Shown piece by piece: positions 55,734 to 64,000 of a stretch of DNA of 64,000 bases; positions within the stretch are counted from its first letter, which is position 1, and every line of letters begins with the position of its first letter. The translations under genes were made by a program, and so were the position numbers. Origin of the DNA: an uncultured Lachnospiraceae bacterium (GTDB lineage Bacteria; Bacillota; Clostridia; Oscillospirales; CAG-272). The notes under the pieces are model-generated. The model searched no databases, was not told the DNA's origin, and saw only the letters and a program-made list of their open reading frames with translations. The stretch covers positions 3,339 to 67,338 of the forward strand of contig CAZMZJ010000011.1 of the NCBI GenBank assembly GCA_964570825.1, in the 5' to 3' direction.

Positions 55734-57047
55734 ATGGCGAAAAGTATTGACTTCTGGACGCTGCTCAAGCTGACGCAGGAGTATATATCGAAAAACTACG
55801 CCGCCGTGCTGACAGACAAGGATAAGCTCCCGCAGCTCAAGGCATATATCGACAAGTACCTCCGCGACAACGACTACCATGTGGATAATCTGACTACGAA
55901 GGAACTGATCGAGCGCCTGTACTGCGAAATGGCGGAATACAGCGTTCTGACTCCTTTTCTCGGCTCTGAAAAGCTTGAAGAAATTAACGTGAACGGCTGG
56001 AACGACATTGCGCTGACACTCCTCGACGGCTCGATTGTCAAGACAAAAAACTGTTTTCACTCACCGCAGCACGCGACAGACATCATCAAGCGTCTGCTTC
56101 ATCACAGCGGAATGATCATCGACAACGCCACACCGATGGCGCAGGGACACCTTCCCGGCAATACCCGTATCACGGCGCTCAAAGCGCCGATTGTGGACGA
56201 GGAAAACGGTGTCGCGGTCTCCATCCGACTCCTTCATCCGCAACGGGTAACGCTGCAGAATCTCATAGATACCAACTTCGCCACCTCTGAAATGGTGGCG
56301 TTTTTATGTATGTGCATCCGTTACGGCGTTCCGTTCGTCGTTGCCGGAGCGACCTCAAGCGGCAAGACAACACTTTTGAACGCCATTATGACTTCAATCC
56401 CCGACAACAAGCGTGTTTTTACCATCGAGAGCGGAAGCCGCGAGCTTTCCCTCGTCAGAGAGAAAGATAACCATGTGGTCAATAATGTCGTGCATACCTT
56501 GTCCCGTCCCTCGGATAACCCGGCATACGACATCAGTCAGGAAGACTTGGTCGTTGCTTCGCTTCGTTTTAATCCGGATATTGTGTGCGTCGGCGAGATG
56601 AGAGATGTCGAGTGTTACTCGGCTGTCGAAGCGTCATTGACAGGACACACAGTCGTGTCAACAGTTCATGCCGGACCCGCGGGAGCGGCACATATGAGAA
56701 TCGCGCTTCTGTGTCAGAAACGCTTCCCGATCAACTTTCAGACCTCGCTGATGCAGGCGGGACAGGCTTTTCCGGTCGTGGTGTACGCGCATAAGCTCGA
56801 AAACAATGCCCGAAAGATCATGGACATTTCCGAATGCGTCATCAACTCAGCCGGAGAGCGTGAGTACAACTGCCTATATAACTACAACATTACAAAGAAC
56901 ACGCTTGTCGACGGAAAGTTCAGTATCGAAGGATTCTTCGATAAGCCGAACATCATGTCGGACAGCCTCCGTCAGCGGCTTACGCAGTACGGCGTACCGC
57001 AAGACGAATTGAACCTCTTTTTACGGAAAGGAGCGAGAACCGCGTGA
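55734..57047 (+). CDS. cpaF: CpaF/TadA-family type II/IV secretion ATPase
   Basis: Walker A GATSSGKTTLLNAI, Asp box/Walker B VGEMRDVE, His box TGHTVVSTVHA. Confidence 0.9.
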   Translation: MAKSIDFWTLLKLTQEYISKNYAAVLTDKDKLPQLKAYIDKYLRDNDYHVDNLTTKELIERLYCEMAEYSVLTPFLGSEKLEEINVNGWNDIALTLLDGSIVKTKNCFHSPQHATDIIKRLLHHSGMIIDNATPMAQGHLPGNTRITALKAPIVDEENGVAVSIRLLHPQRVTLQNLIDTNFATSEMVAFLCMCIRYGVPFVVAGATSSGKTTLLNAIMTSIPDNKRVFTIESGSRELSLVREKDNHVVNNVVHTLSRPSDNPAYDISQEDLVVASLRFNPDIVCVGEMRDVECYSAVEASLTGHTVVSTVHAGPAGAAHMRIALLCQKRFPINFQTSLMQAGQAFPVVVYAHKLENNARKIMDISECVINSAGEREYNCLYNYNITKNTLVDGKFSIEGFFDKPNIMSDSLRQRLTQYGVPQDELNLFLRKGARTA

Positions 57048-57970
57048 CATTCATCTATATGATCGGATTCCTGCTGATTTCGGCGGGAATCATTTTATGC
57101 CTCGGACTGACACCCGAAACCATGACGGACGATATCATGCGGTTTGTCTCTCCGAAGCAGACTCTGCGGGATAAGATTTTGATCGCTCAGGGACGCAAGA
57201 AATCCCGTAAGCTCACCAAAGAAATCCTGCATATCAAGGACGCTCTCGAAGCGACCGGCAAGGGCAAGCAATTCACAATAGCCTGTGCCGCGTCGGTTGT
57301 GCTGCTGATCGCGGGATGCATCATCGCCGTTCTGATCGGTAACCCGTTCATGATTCCGGTGTTCGCGCTTGCATTCGCAATGGTGCCTTTCGCGTATGCC
57401 AAGAACACCATCTCGGCTTATGATAAGCACATCAAAGAGGAAATGGAAACCGCGTTATCAATCATCACGACTTCGTATATCCGCTCGGACGATATCGTTG
57501 GTGCGGTAAACGAGAATATTACCTATCTCAAGCCGCCGATTCGCGAAATCTTTCAGGGCTTTGTCGGCGATACGATGATGATATCCTCCGACATTAAGGA
57601 CGCGCTTCGTAATCTGAAGGATAAAATCGATAATGCCATCTACAAGGAATGGTGCGACACATTGATAGCCTGTCAGGATGACAGAACGCTAAAGGACACG
57701 CTTCTCCCTGTGGTCGGCAAACTGACAGATGTCAGAATCGTCAATAACGAACTCAAAACCATGCTCGGCGAAGTCAAGAAGGAATACTGGATGATGGTGT
57801 GCCTTGTCATTGGCAACATCCCGATTCTGTATATGCTCAACTACAACTGGTTTGAGGCACTGATGTTTACGCTCCCCGGCAAGCTCGTGCTTGCGGTGTG
57901 CGGGATCGTGATTCTCATTACAGCGTTGTTTATGATGAAATATACGAAACCGATAGAGTATAAAAGATAA
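57044..57970 (+). CDS. tadB: TadB-like platform protein (T2SS F domain)
   Basis: 308 aa with TM helices at both ends and a central soluble helical domain. The assignment rests on position and topology. Confidence 0.65.
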   Translation: MTFIYMIGFLLISAGIILCLGLTPETMTDDIMRFVSPKQTLRDKILIAQGRKKSRKLTKEILHIKDALEATGKGKQFTIACAASVVLLIAGCIIAVLIGNPFMIPVFALAFAMVPFAYAKNTISAYDKHIKEEMETALSIITTSYIRSDDIVGAVNENITYLKPPIREIFQGFVGDTMMISSDIKDALRNLKDKIDNAIYKEWCDTLIACQDDRTLKDTLLPVVGKLTDVRIVNNELKTMLGEVKKEYWMMVCLVIGNIPILYMLNYNWFEALMFTLPGKLVLAVCGIVILITALFMMKYTKPIEYKR

Positions 57971-57984
57971 GGAGGTCGGCGTTT

Positions 57985-58854
57985 ATGTTACAGGCAATCA
58001 TCGGTTCAATCTTCGGCGTCGGTCTCTTTCTGATCCTTGCCGACTATTTCCGAATCCCTTTCTTTGCGACAAGCAAAGCAAACAATAACCTTGCCAAACG
58101 GCAAGAGAAAAAGACAAGCACAATCGATATCTGGCTGAAAGACCTCGCGATATGGTTATCGAAGCGGCTTCGGCTTAACGAATACAAGCGGATGCAGCTT
58201 CAGACAGACTTGCAGTCAGCCGGAATCATTCTCTCACCGGAAATGCATATAGCCAACAGCATTGTCAAATCCATGCTGATCGGTGTACTTGCCGTTCCGG
58301 TCTTTTTCATCTTTCCTCTGCTTACTCCGCTTGTGATCGCCCTCGCCGTGGCAATGTACTTTAAGGCGTCGAAAGGTGTTGCGGACAGAATCAAGGAAAA
58401 GCGAAGACGGATCGAATACGAGCTGCCGCGACTGGTAGCGAGCATCGACAAGACGCTCAAGCACAACCGCGACGTGCTGTATATCCTTGATTCATACAAG
58501 GAAAACGCCGGACCGGAGTTGAAGCACGAGATTGAGATTACCGTAGCGGATATGCGGTCAGGTAACTACGAAGCAGCGCTCACAAGACTTGAAGCGCGTG
58601 TCGGCAGCTCGATGCTGTCGGACGTGACGCGAGGACTGATCGGCGTACTCCGCGGCGATGAAACCGAAGTCTATTGGTCGTCGCTCGCGGTGAAGTTCGC
58701 TGACTATCAAAGACAACTTCTCAAGCAGCAAGCTCAGAAAGTACCATCAAAGGTCAAACGGCTCTCCATGTGTTTGCTGTTTTGTTTTATGCTGATCTAT
58801 GTTGTGGTCATCGGTATGGAGATCATAAACTCCATCGGCGTTCTCTTCGGTTAA
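57985..58854 (+). CDS. tadC: TadC-like platform protein (T2SS F domain)
   Basis: 289 aa with the same topology as the preceding gene. Confidence 0.65.
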   Translation: MLQAIIGSIFGVGLFLILADYFRIPFFATSKANNNLAKRQEKKTSTIDIWLKDLAIWLSKRLRLNEYKRMQLQTDLQSAGIILSPEMHIANSIVKSMLIGVLAVPVFFIFPLLTPLVIALAVAMYFKASKGVADRIKEKRRRIEYELPRLVASIDKTLKHNRDVLYILDSYKENAGPELKHEIEITVADMRSGNYEAALTRLEARVGSSMLSDVTRGLIGVLRGDETEVYWSSLAVKFADYQRQLLKQQAQKVPSKVKRLSMCLLFCFMLIYVVVIGMEIINSIGVLFG

Positions 58855-58858
58855 GGCG

Positions 58859-59281
58859 GTGATGAATATGAAGAAGCTACTGAAAAACAAGCGCGGCGAA
58901 GGATATATAGACACGGTTGTCTGTGTCCTTGCCGCAATGATGGTTATTGTGCTGGCACTCAATGTGTTCAGCTTCCTCACACTCAAGCAAGACCTCGACT
59001 ACTTCGCCAAAGAGATGATAGACGTGACAACGACCTACGGCAGAACCTCCGGCGAAGCCTATACACGCTATACGGAGTTATGCTCCGAAACGGGACTCAA
59101 CCCATCCTACAGCTATACGGGAACGGAATACTTCAATGCCTCGACCGGAAAGGTACAGCTCGGCGACACGATCTGTGTTACCGTGACTTATCAGACATAT
59201 ATCCATGGTCTCGGAGTATTCAAAATACCCATTACGCTGACGGCAAAACATTCCGGTCTCTCGCAGAAATACTGGAAGTGA
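58859..59281 (+). CDS. Pseudopilin/minor pilin candidate (DUF4320-like)
   Basis: The leader KNKRGEG followed by YIDTVVCVLAAMMVIVLAL shares the G|Y-I/V-D motif with the major pilins. Confidence 0.6.
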   Translation: MMNMKKLLKNKRGEGYIDTVVCVLAAMMVIVLALNVFSFLTLKQDLDYFAKEMIDVTTTYGRTSGEAYTRYTELCSETGLNPSYSYTGTEYFNASTGKVQLGDTICVTVTYQTYIHGLGVFKIPITLTAKHSGLSQKYWK

Positions 59282-59298
59282 GGCGAATCAAGTTGAAA

Positions 59299-59826
59299 AT
59301 GAAAAATGGAAAGTTGAAAGTAATACGAAACTTTCAATTTTCAACTGTCAACTGTCCACTTGACAGCCGCGGAAGCGGATACTTTACTCCGTGCTTTATC
59401 ACGCTCGGAATTGCCATGATCCTCGCAATGGTGCTGTTTTACGCAAATGTGATGACGATCATCCAAACCACAAAAAGCAATACGGAGCGCGTCCTCGACA
59501 GCTTTATCATGAAGAACAGCATCGAAATTTACAACTCGGTCAAGCAGGGACACGACTTCACGGCGTCGTTTGACGAAAATTTCTATGTTTCTCAAACTTC
59601 TTCGGAATTGTCTCTGGACTTGTCGAGCAATTCTCTGTATAGTTATGGTGAGAAAGGCGAAATCGTCTACTCCATGACTAATCCGCAGATCACCTACACG
59701 GTAGACAAAGCCCTCAAGCTCAAGGCGGAATACGACTTGAAGATTCCGGTATACTTCGCCGGTAAATATGTCGGGGACATCACAATCCCATTGACAGTCA
59801 AGTCGGAGTTCACCTTGAAAGAGTAA
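59299..59826 (+). CDS. Second pseudopilin candidate
   Basis: ATG at 59299. The leader ends SRGSG and is followed by YFTPCFITLGIAMILAMVLFY. The track ORF from 59080 would overlap the previous gene. Confidence 0.5.
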   Translation: MKNGKLKVIRNFQFSTVNCPLDSRGSGYFTPCFITLGIAMILAMVLFYANVMTIIQTTKSNTERVLDSFIMKNSIEIYNSVKQGHDFTASFDENFYVSQTSSELSLDLSSNSLYSYGEKGEIVYSMTNPQITYTVDKALKLKAEYDLKIPVYFAGKYVGDITIPLTVKSEFTLKE

Positions 59827-59867
59827 TCGTAGGTATGGGCATAGCCCGGAAAGGATGGTCATAAACC

Positions 59868-60620
59868 ATGAAAAACAAGCCTATCATAATCACAATCGCC
59901 GTACTCGCGGTTGTAGCGATCACGGTCGGAGTTATCGCAATGCTCCCCGGCAAACCGAACACGCCGGTCGTTGATCCCACAGAAACCACATCAGGCGGAG
60001 ATGTCAACATCAACATTCCCGACGATCCCACAAGCGGTGACCGTACCACAGAACCCGGCAACGATCCGGTGGTAACGCCCGGTACGAATGAAACGGTGGC
60101 TCCCGACGATAATACGGTAACCGCGCCAATCGAAACCGGAAACAAGGATAACACCGATAACGGAAATCCTTCAGTTGAGGAAAACAAAGCGACGGACATC
60201 GGTAAAACAGACAACACTCCCGCAGGCAAGGGTGAGGATAAGGTAACCGAAGGTCAGAAGGACAAGGATACCGTTCAGACCGGACCGGCAAGCGGCGAAG
60301 ACCGCAGCGACGCGCTCGACGAAAAGAAAGAACAAGGCAAAACCGACAATCCGCTTCCCAAAACGGATACGGAAGATCATCCGGTTATCGTCGGCGATGA
60401 AACCTCGACTACAGACACGGAAACCAAAGGCGATGTGGTGGTCGGCGATGAAAGCACAGGTAACGGCGACGGTGACAAGAACGCTCCCGAATATGTCGAT
60501 CCCGCGACCGGCGGAGAGAATCCCTTTCTCGGCGGCGGTGACAACGGAGTAACGGAAATCCCCGCTGAAGACCTCATCGGAGATGACGATCCCAAGCCCG
60601 GTGAAGGCATCCACTTCTAA
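59868..60620 (+). CDS. Membrane-anchored low-complexity acidic protein (D/E/T/G/P-rich)
   Basis: N-terminal TM helix IIITIAVLAVVAITVGVIAML, then about 220 aa of acidic low-complexity sequence. Confidence 0.55.
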   Translation: MKNKPIIITIAVLAVVAITVGVIAMLPGKPNTPVVDPTETTSGGDVNINIPDDPTSGDRTTEPGNDPVVTPGTNETVAPDDNTVTAPIETGNKDNTDNGNPSVEENKATDIGKTDNTPAGKGEDKVTEGQKDKDTVQTGPASGEDRSDALDEKKEQGKTDNPLPKTDTEDHPVIVGDETSTTDTETKGDVVVGDESTGNGDGDKNAPEYVDPATGGENPFLGGGDNGVTEIPAEDLIGDDDPKPGEGIHF

Positions 60621-60685
60621 GCAAAATCGACGCGCAAGCGGCATCTGAAAAGGTGCCGCTATTTTTATTCGAAGGAGGTCAATCC

Positions 60686-63600
60686 TTGAAAAAGTTTATC
60701 TGCATTCTTCTGCTGTTGGCAACCTTGCTGACAGCATTTTCAATAACCGCCTTTGCCGACGGTGACGATAACGCCACAGGCGGTGAGGGCGATACTCACG
60801 GTGCGGCAAGCGGCTACGGATGGTACAACACCTATCAGTTTCTTTGGAAAGTCTCGCTTTATGTCGGCAAATCCGATCAAGCAACCAAATCAAGCAATCT
60901 TCAAAGCGATTTTTACGATCTCGGAACAGTCATCATAAAACGAACGGGTTGGACAGTCAGCTCCTCAGTGCAGTTCGGCAGCGGAACAAAAGTGGATTAT
61001 TACTCCGGTGCCGGTATGTCATCCTACACAGGAGCAACAGTCATATCCGAAGCAAGTTGTCCCGCGGTTCCGATTGCCTGTGACGGTGATATCAATACGG
61101 TCAAGTCATATTTCGGTTCGACCGGCACGATGTCGCTGATCCTCAACGGCATCGCTTCGCAGTCGGGAACGAGCGCATACGGTCTCGTTTCAGGAAAGAG
61201 CTTCACTATCGGCGGACAGACAAAATCGGGATGGTCGGAGAGCTACCTCATGCCCAATGGTACAGCAAACCGTGTTCCATGGGTAATTGTTTATGAGCCG
61301 ATGGTCATCATGAACTGCAAGGACAGAGTCACGAAAGTGGCGTTTACCGCAACCGAATTTGCCATATCCGAAAAGAACGGATGGTTTGACTGGCACTACA
61401 GCAGCGGAACAGGACAAGCAGTATCAAAACTGACCCATCAGCATCTGCCGACATCGGTACAGCTTGAGGAAAGTTGGTTCGGTTATCCCGTTTATGCTGT
61501 CACAAACGATAGCCAGAGATGGAGCAACGACGATATCATACAAGGCGGCGGTTGGGGTATGCGGTGGCTTCCTGTAACTGTATTTGAGCCGACATATACT
61601 CCCGAAATCGATTACGGTGTATGGTTCGGATCTGTCGACACCGCTCCAACAGCCAATTCATACGGAAACGTGACGGTCAACTGGAAAAATTATAAATCGG
61701 AAAGCGGAACGGTTCTGTGTGAGCTTTATCGCGGATCAACCTGTGTGTGGTCGGACTATAAATCCTTCAGCGGAAATCAGACCATTACGCAGTCATACAG
61801 CGTCTATTACAGCGGGACTGCTTCGCAGACACTGACGGCAAAGATCAACTACGCCAACAGAATGAGCGAGGTCGATCCCAACGACAATATCGCAACAAGA
61901 GTGGTAACGCCCACGGGCGGCACGGTTACGCCTCCGAGCAGCAGCACGGATTACGGGTGCTATTTCGGCTCAATGCCGTCGCCCGAAGCTAACAGCTACG
62001 CCTCCGTCCCTGTGACTTGGCGGAACTGGACATCGACGGCGGGAACGGTGCTTTGCGAGCTGTATAAGGACGGCTCACTCGTATGGTCGGGATATAAATC
62101 CTTTTCCGCATCCGAATCAAAGCAAGAGAATTTCAGTTTGTATTTCACTTCGGGAACAAGCACACTGACTGCCCGAATCAACTACGCGAGCAGATACAGT
62201 GAAAGTGATCCCAATGACAATGAAGACACAGACTCCGTAACCGCTACGCAGACCATTGACACCACCTATGACTTCTCGGTGTCGGGGCTTTCTGTTTCTC
62301 CGAGTACGCTCTATCAGGGCAACTATTGCACCGTCAGCTTCAGAAGTGACAACTGGAATCGCGATATTGCATACGGCGGCATCCCTGTGGAAGTGCTTGT
62401 CGGCGGGACGGTTGTCAAGACCGAGTATGTGAGCTTCTCGGCATACGGCACGAACTACCACACTTATTCGATCTATATGGGCAACTACGGATCACAGACC
62501 GTGACAGCACGGATCAACTGGAACTATCGCTATTATGAGAGCAATGCTTACAACAACAGCGAGTCAATGACCGTGAATGTGCAGAAATACTATGAATTCT
62601 CGGTCAGCAATCTCGCGGTAACGCCTTCTACCGTGTATGAAGACGAATCGGTAACGGTCACCTTCCGCACGGACAATTGGGACAGCTTCAATGCCTATTC
62701 GAGCATACCCGTGGAAGTGCTGTACAACGGAAGTGTAGTCAGCACCGAGTATGTCAGCTATGCGGCTTACGGCGGCAAGAACCATACGGTTACGCTCAAT
62801 GTCGGAAGCTCGGTTAGACTCAATAGTATATCTGTCCGAGTGAATTGGGCGAACCACTACAGCGAGGTAAACCCGAACAACAATCAAACGGCATCGGCTT
62901 ATGTGACTGTCAAGCCCAAGATCGACCTGACGATCCAGGCAATCGCTCCGAATAGTGACTACCGAGCCGGTATGACCGTCATCACATCATACCGAATCTA
63001 TAATCTGAGCCGCCATAATATCATTCCGAGCCACAACAACACAGTCAGCTTCGAGGCGTTCTATTACAACGGCTCAAATAAAGTCGTAGTCAGTTCGCAG
63101 ACATGGAGTCAGACGGTCGTCCCCGGTTGGGGCAACAACCTCTGCTATTTCAAGTGGACTGTGCCGACCGCGGCGGCAGGAAAAACCATATACTGCACGG
63201 CAAAGGTCAACTCAACGCTGTCGGTGGATGAGTACAACACAGCAAACAATACCGCGACGTTGGCAAAAACCGTCGCAAGCGTCATTGCCTCGCAGACAGC
63301 GGACACGCAGTTTGAGAAGCAGAAACCGACCGGGTATTCAATTCCGTCCTCGCCGACTACGCAGAACGGTACGGCGACATGGACGATGTGGGAGTATGTA
63401 AACGGCGGCTTTGTCAGCAAGACTTACGGTATTGCCATCTCAACCGCTAATCCGACGATCACGCCCGACAGCGGTTGCCCGTCAAAGGAATATTCGGGCG
63501 GTGTATGGAAAATGCGCTCCGGCTACGGAATCACGATGTCGTATTACCCATATCTGACGAGCGTCAGCGGAGCGACACTTCCGTCGAGTACGGCATATAC

Positions 63601-63892
63601 GGCAGTTCAGCGAGCCGAAGCTCGGTTTCCGGAATTCCGTTATTCCACAGCAGTCATCAGCTTCCGAACGCTCCAGAAGGTCGGCTCATACTGGCAGTTC
63701 TATGCGAACAGTAATGCCGACTGCAATGAGCGCCTGCACTTCACTCCGCTGTGGTATCCCAATGGCAGCTATACTGTTTCCGTAACGGCAACCGACTGTT
63801 GGACACCCGCCGGAATGATTCAGACAGTCAAGAACAGCAACACCATCACCATCGTCGATGCGGCGTATGACGATTGGTATATCGGACGATGA
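60686..63892 (+). CDS. Large secreted surface protein with multiple CARDB-like repeats (adhesin candidate)
   Basis: TTG start at 60686, 7 nt after GAAGGAGG, gives the signal peptide (M)KKFICILLLLATLLTAFSITAFA. About 7 repeats of roughly 100 aa end in motifs such as NYANRMSEVDPNDN, NYASRYSESDPNDN, NWANHYSEVNPNNN and VDEYNTANN. No LPXTG motif or C-terminal TM helix. Confidence 0.7.
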   Translation: MKKFICILLLLATLLTAFSITAFADGDDNATGGEGDTHGAASGYGWYNTYQFLWKVSLYVGKSDQATKSSNLQSDFYDLGTVIIKRTGWTVSSSVQFGSGTKVDYYSGAGMSSYTGATVISEASCPAVPIACDGDINTVKSYFGSTGTMSLILNGIASQSGTSAYGLVSGKSFTIGGQTKSGWSESYLMPNGTANRVPWVIVYEPMVIMNCKDRVTKVAFTATEFAISEKNGWFDWHYSSGTGQAVSKLTHQHLPTSVQLEESWFGYPVYAVTNDSQRWSNDDIIQGGGWGMRWLPVTVFEPTYTPEIDYGVWFGSVDTAPTANSYGNVTVNWKNYKSESGTVLCELYRGSTCVWSDYKSFSGNQTITQSYSVYYSGTASQTLTAKINYANRMSEVDPNDNIATRVVTPTGGTVTPPSSSTDYGCYFGSMPSPEANSYASVPVTWRNWTSTAGTVLCELYKDGSLVWSGYKSFSASESKQENFSLYFTSGTSTLTARINYASRYSESDPNDNEDTDSVTATQTIDTTYDFSVSGLSVSPSTLYQGNYCTVSFRSDNWNRDIAYGGIPVEVLVGGTVVKTEYVSFSAYGTNYHTYSIYMGNYGSQTVTARINWNYRYYESNAYNNSESMTVNVQKYYEFSVSNLAVTPSTVYEDESVTVTFRTDNWDSFNAYSSIPVEVLYNGSVVSTEYVSYAAYGGKNHTVTLNVGSSVRLNSISVRVNWANHYSEVNPNNNQTASAYVTVKPKIDLTIQAIAPNSDYRAGMTVITSYRIYNLSRHNIIPSHNNTVSFEAFYYNGSNKVVVSSQTWSQTVVPGWGNNLCYFKWTVPTAAAGKTIYCTAKVNSTLSVDEYNTANNTATLAKTVASVIASQTADTQFEKQKPTGYSIPSSPTTQNGTATWTMWEYVNGGFVSKTYGIAISTANPTITPDSGCPSKEYSGGVWKMRSGYGITMSYYPYLTSVSGATLPSSTAYTAVQRAEARFPEFRYSTAVISFRTLQKVGSYWQFYANSNADCNERLHFTPLWYPNGSYTVSVTATDCWTPAGMIQTVKNSNTITIVDAAYDDWYIGR

Positions 63893-63905
63893 AAGGAGCG
63901 AGCAT

Positions 63906-64000
63906 ATGCCAAACGAGAAAACACCGCAGCCGGCAAGAATCAAAAACCTTGCCGAACTGAAACGGATCATCAAGCCCGGCACGGAAATCAAAGCGCTATC
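63906..64000 (+). CDS. Partial CDS (N-terminus only), unknown
   Basis: ATG at 63906 after AAGGAG. The frame MPNEKTPQPARIKNLAELKRIIKPGTEIKAL stays open to the window end. Confidence 0.35.
   Translation, partial: MPNEKTPQPARIKNLAELKRIIKPGTEIKAL

Larger units (their letters stand above)
40919..64000 (+). mobile_element. Putative integrated mobile element (ICE/plasmid-like), left junction next to tRNA-Tyr, right end outside the window
   Basis: Gene content switches abruptly after the tRNA genes and all ORFs are co-oriented. Contents: orphan methyltransferases, many small acidic unknown proteins, DUF4314/DUF3849/YodL-DUF3846-like domains (recalled from memory), a SpoVG-like gene and a Tad-like pilus. 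GC content is lower and more variable than in the upstream chromosome. No integrase, relaxase or T4SS is visible in the window. Confidence 0.6.

Noticed and set aside
59080-59298. 73-aa N-terminal extension of the second pseudopilin ORF
   Set aside because: It overlaps the 3' half of the preceding DUF4320-like gene in another frame. The internal ATG at 59299 gives a short charged leader plus a hydrophobic segment like the other prepilins.
60653-60685. ATG-initiated 11-aa extension (MPLFLFEGGQS) of the CARDB protein
   Set aside because: The GAAGGAGG Shine-Dalgarno sequence lies inside this extension. The TTG at 60686 sits 7 nt after it and yields a canonical signal peptide.

Overview
The window has two parts. 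Positions 1 to about 40.9 kb are ordinary chromosome of a moderately GC-rich, Clostridia-like Firmicute. Recognisable genes there are pnp-rpsO, ftsK, recA-recX, a GH27 alpha-galactosidase, an SPFH/RHH/ABC operon, lplA, pyk, rimO-pgsA, trpS, serC-serA, a GlpA-like oxidoreductase trio and pgeF. A tRNA-Thr/tRNA-Tyr pair at 40.75-40.92 kb marks the switch. From there to the window end (at least 23 kb) every gene is on the + strand and the content looks like a mobile element whose right end lies outside the window. That element carries: (1) two tightly translationally coupled operons of small, mostly acidic unknown proteins with an orphan C5-cytosine and an orphan N6-adenine DNA methyltransferase, AbrB-like proteins and domains I recall from Firmicutes conjugative elements; (2) a SpoVG-like gene; (3) a complete secretin-less Tad/type IVc-like pilus locus, with tandem duplicated pilin genes, an A24 prepilin peptidase, CpaB, TadZ-like, CpaF, TadB/C-like proteins and pseudopilins, ending in a 1068-aa (TTG start at 60686) CARDB-repeat surface protein. 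The three observations I rate highest follow. (a) Two inverted paralogous genes encode XRE-HTH/cupin/acyl-CoA-synthetase fusions. Each has its own consensus promoter and T-box leader, and the inferred specifier codons differ by one base (GUC Val versus AUC Ile). (b) The mobile-element-borne Tad-like pilus has an unusual G|Y-[VIF]-[DT] prepilin motif and an AT-rich, self-promoted lipoprotein cassette inserted in it. (c) The coupled operons look like a leading-region anti-defence island. All family names are recalled from sequence motifs without database searches. No relaxase, T4SS, integrase, CRISPR array or recognisable defence system is visible in the window.
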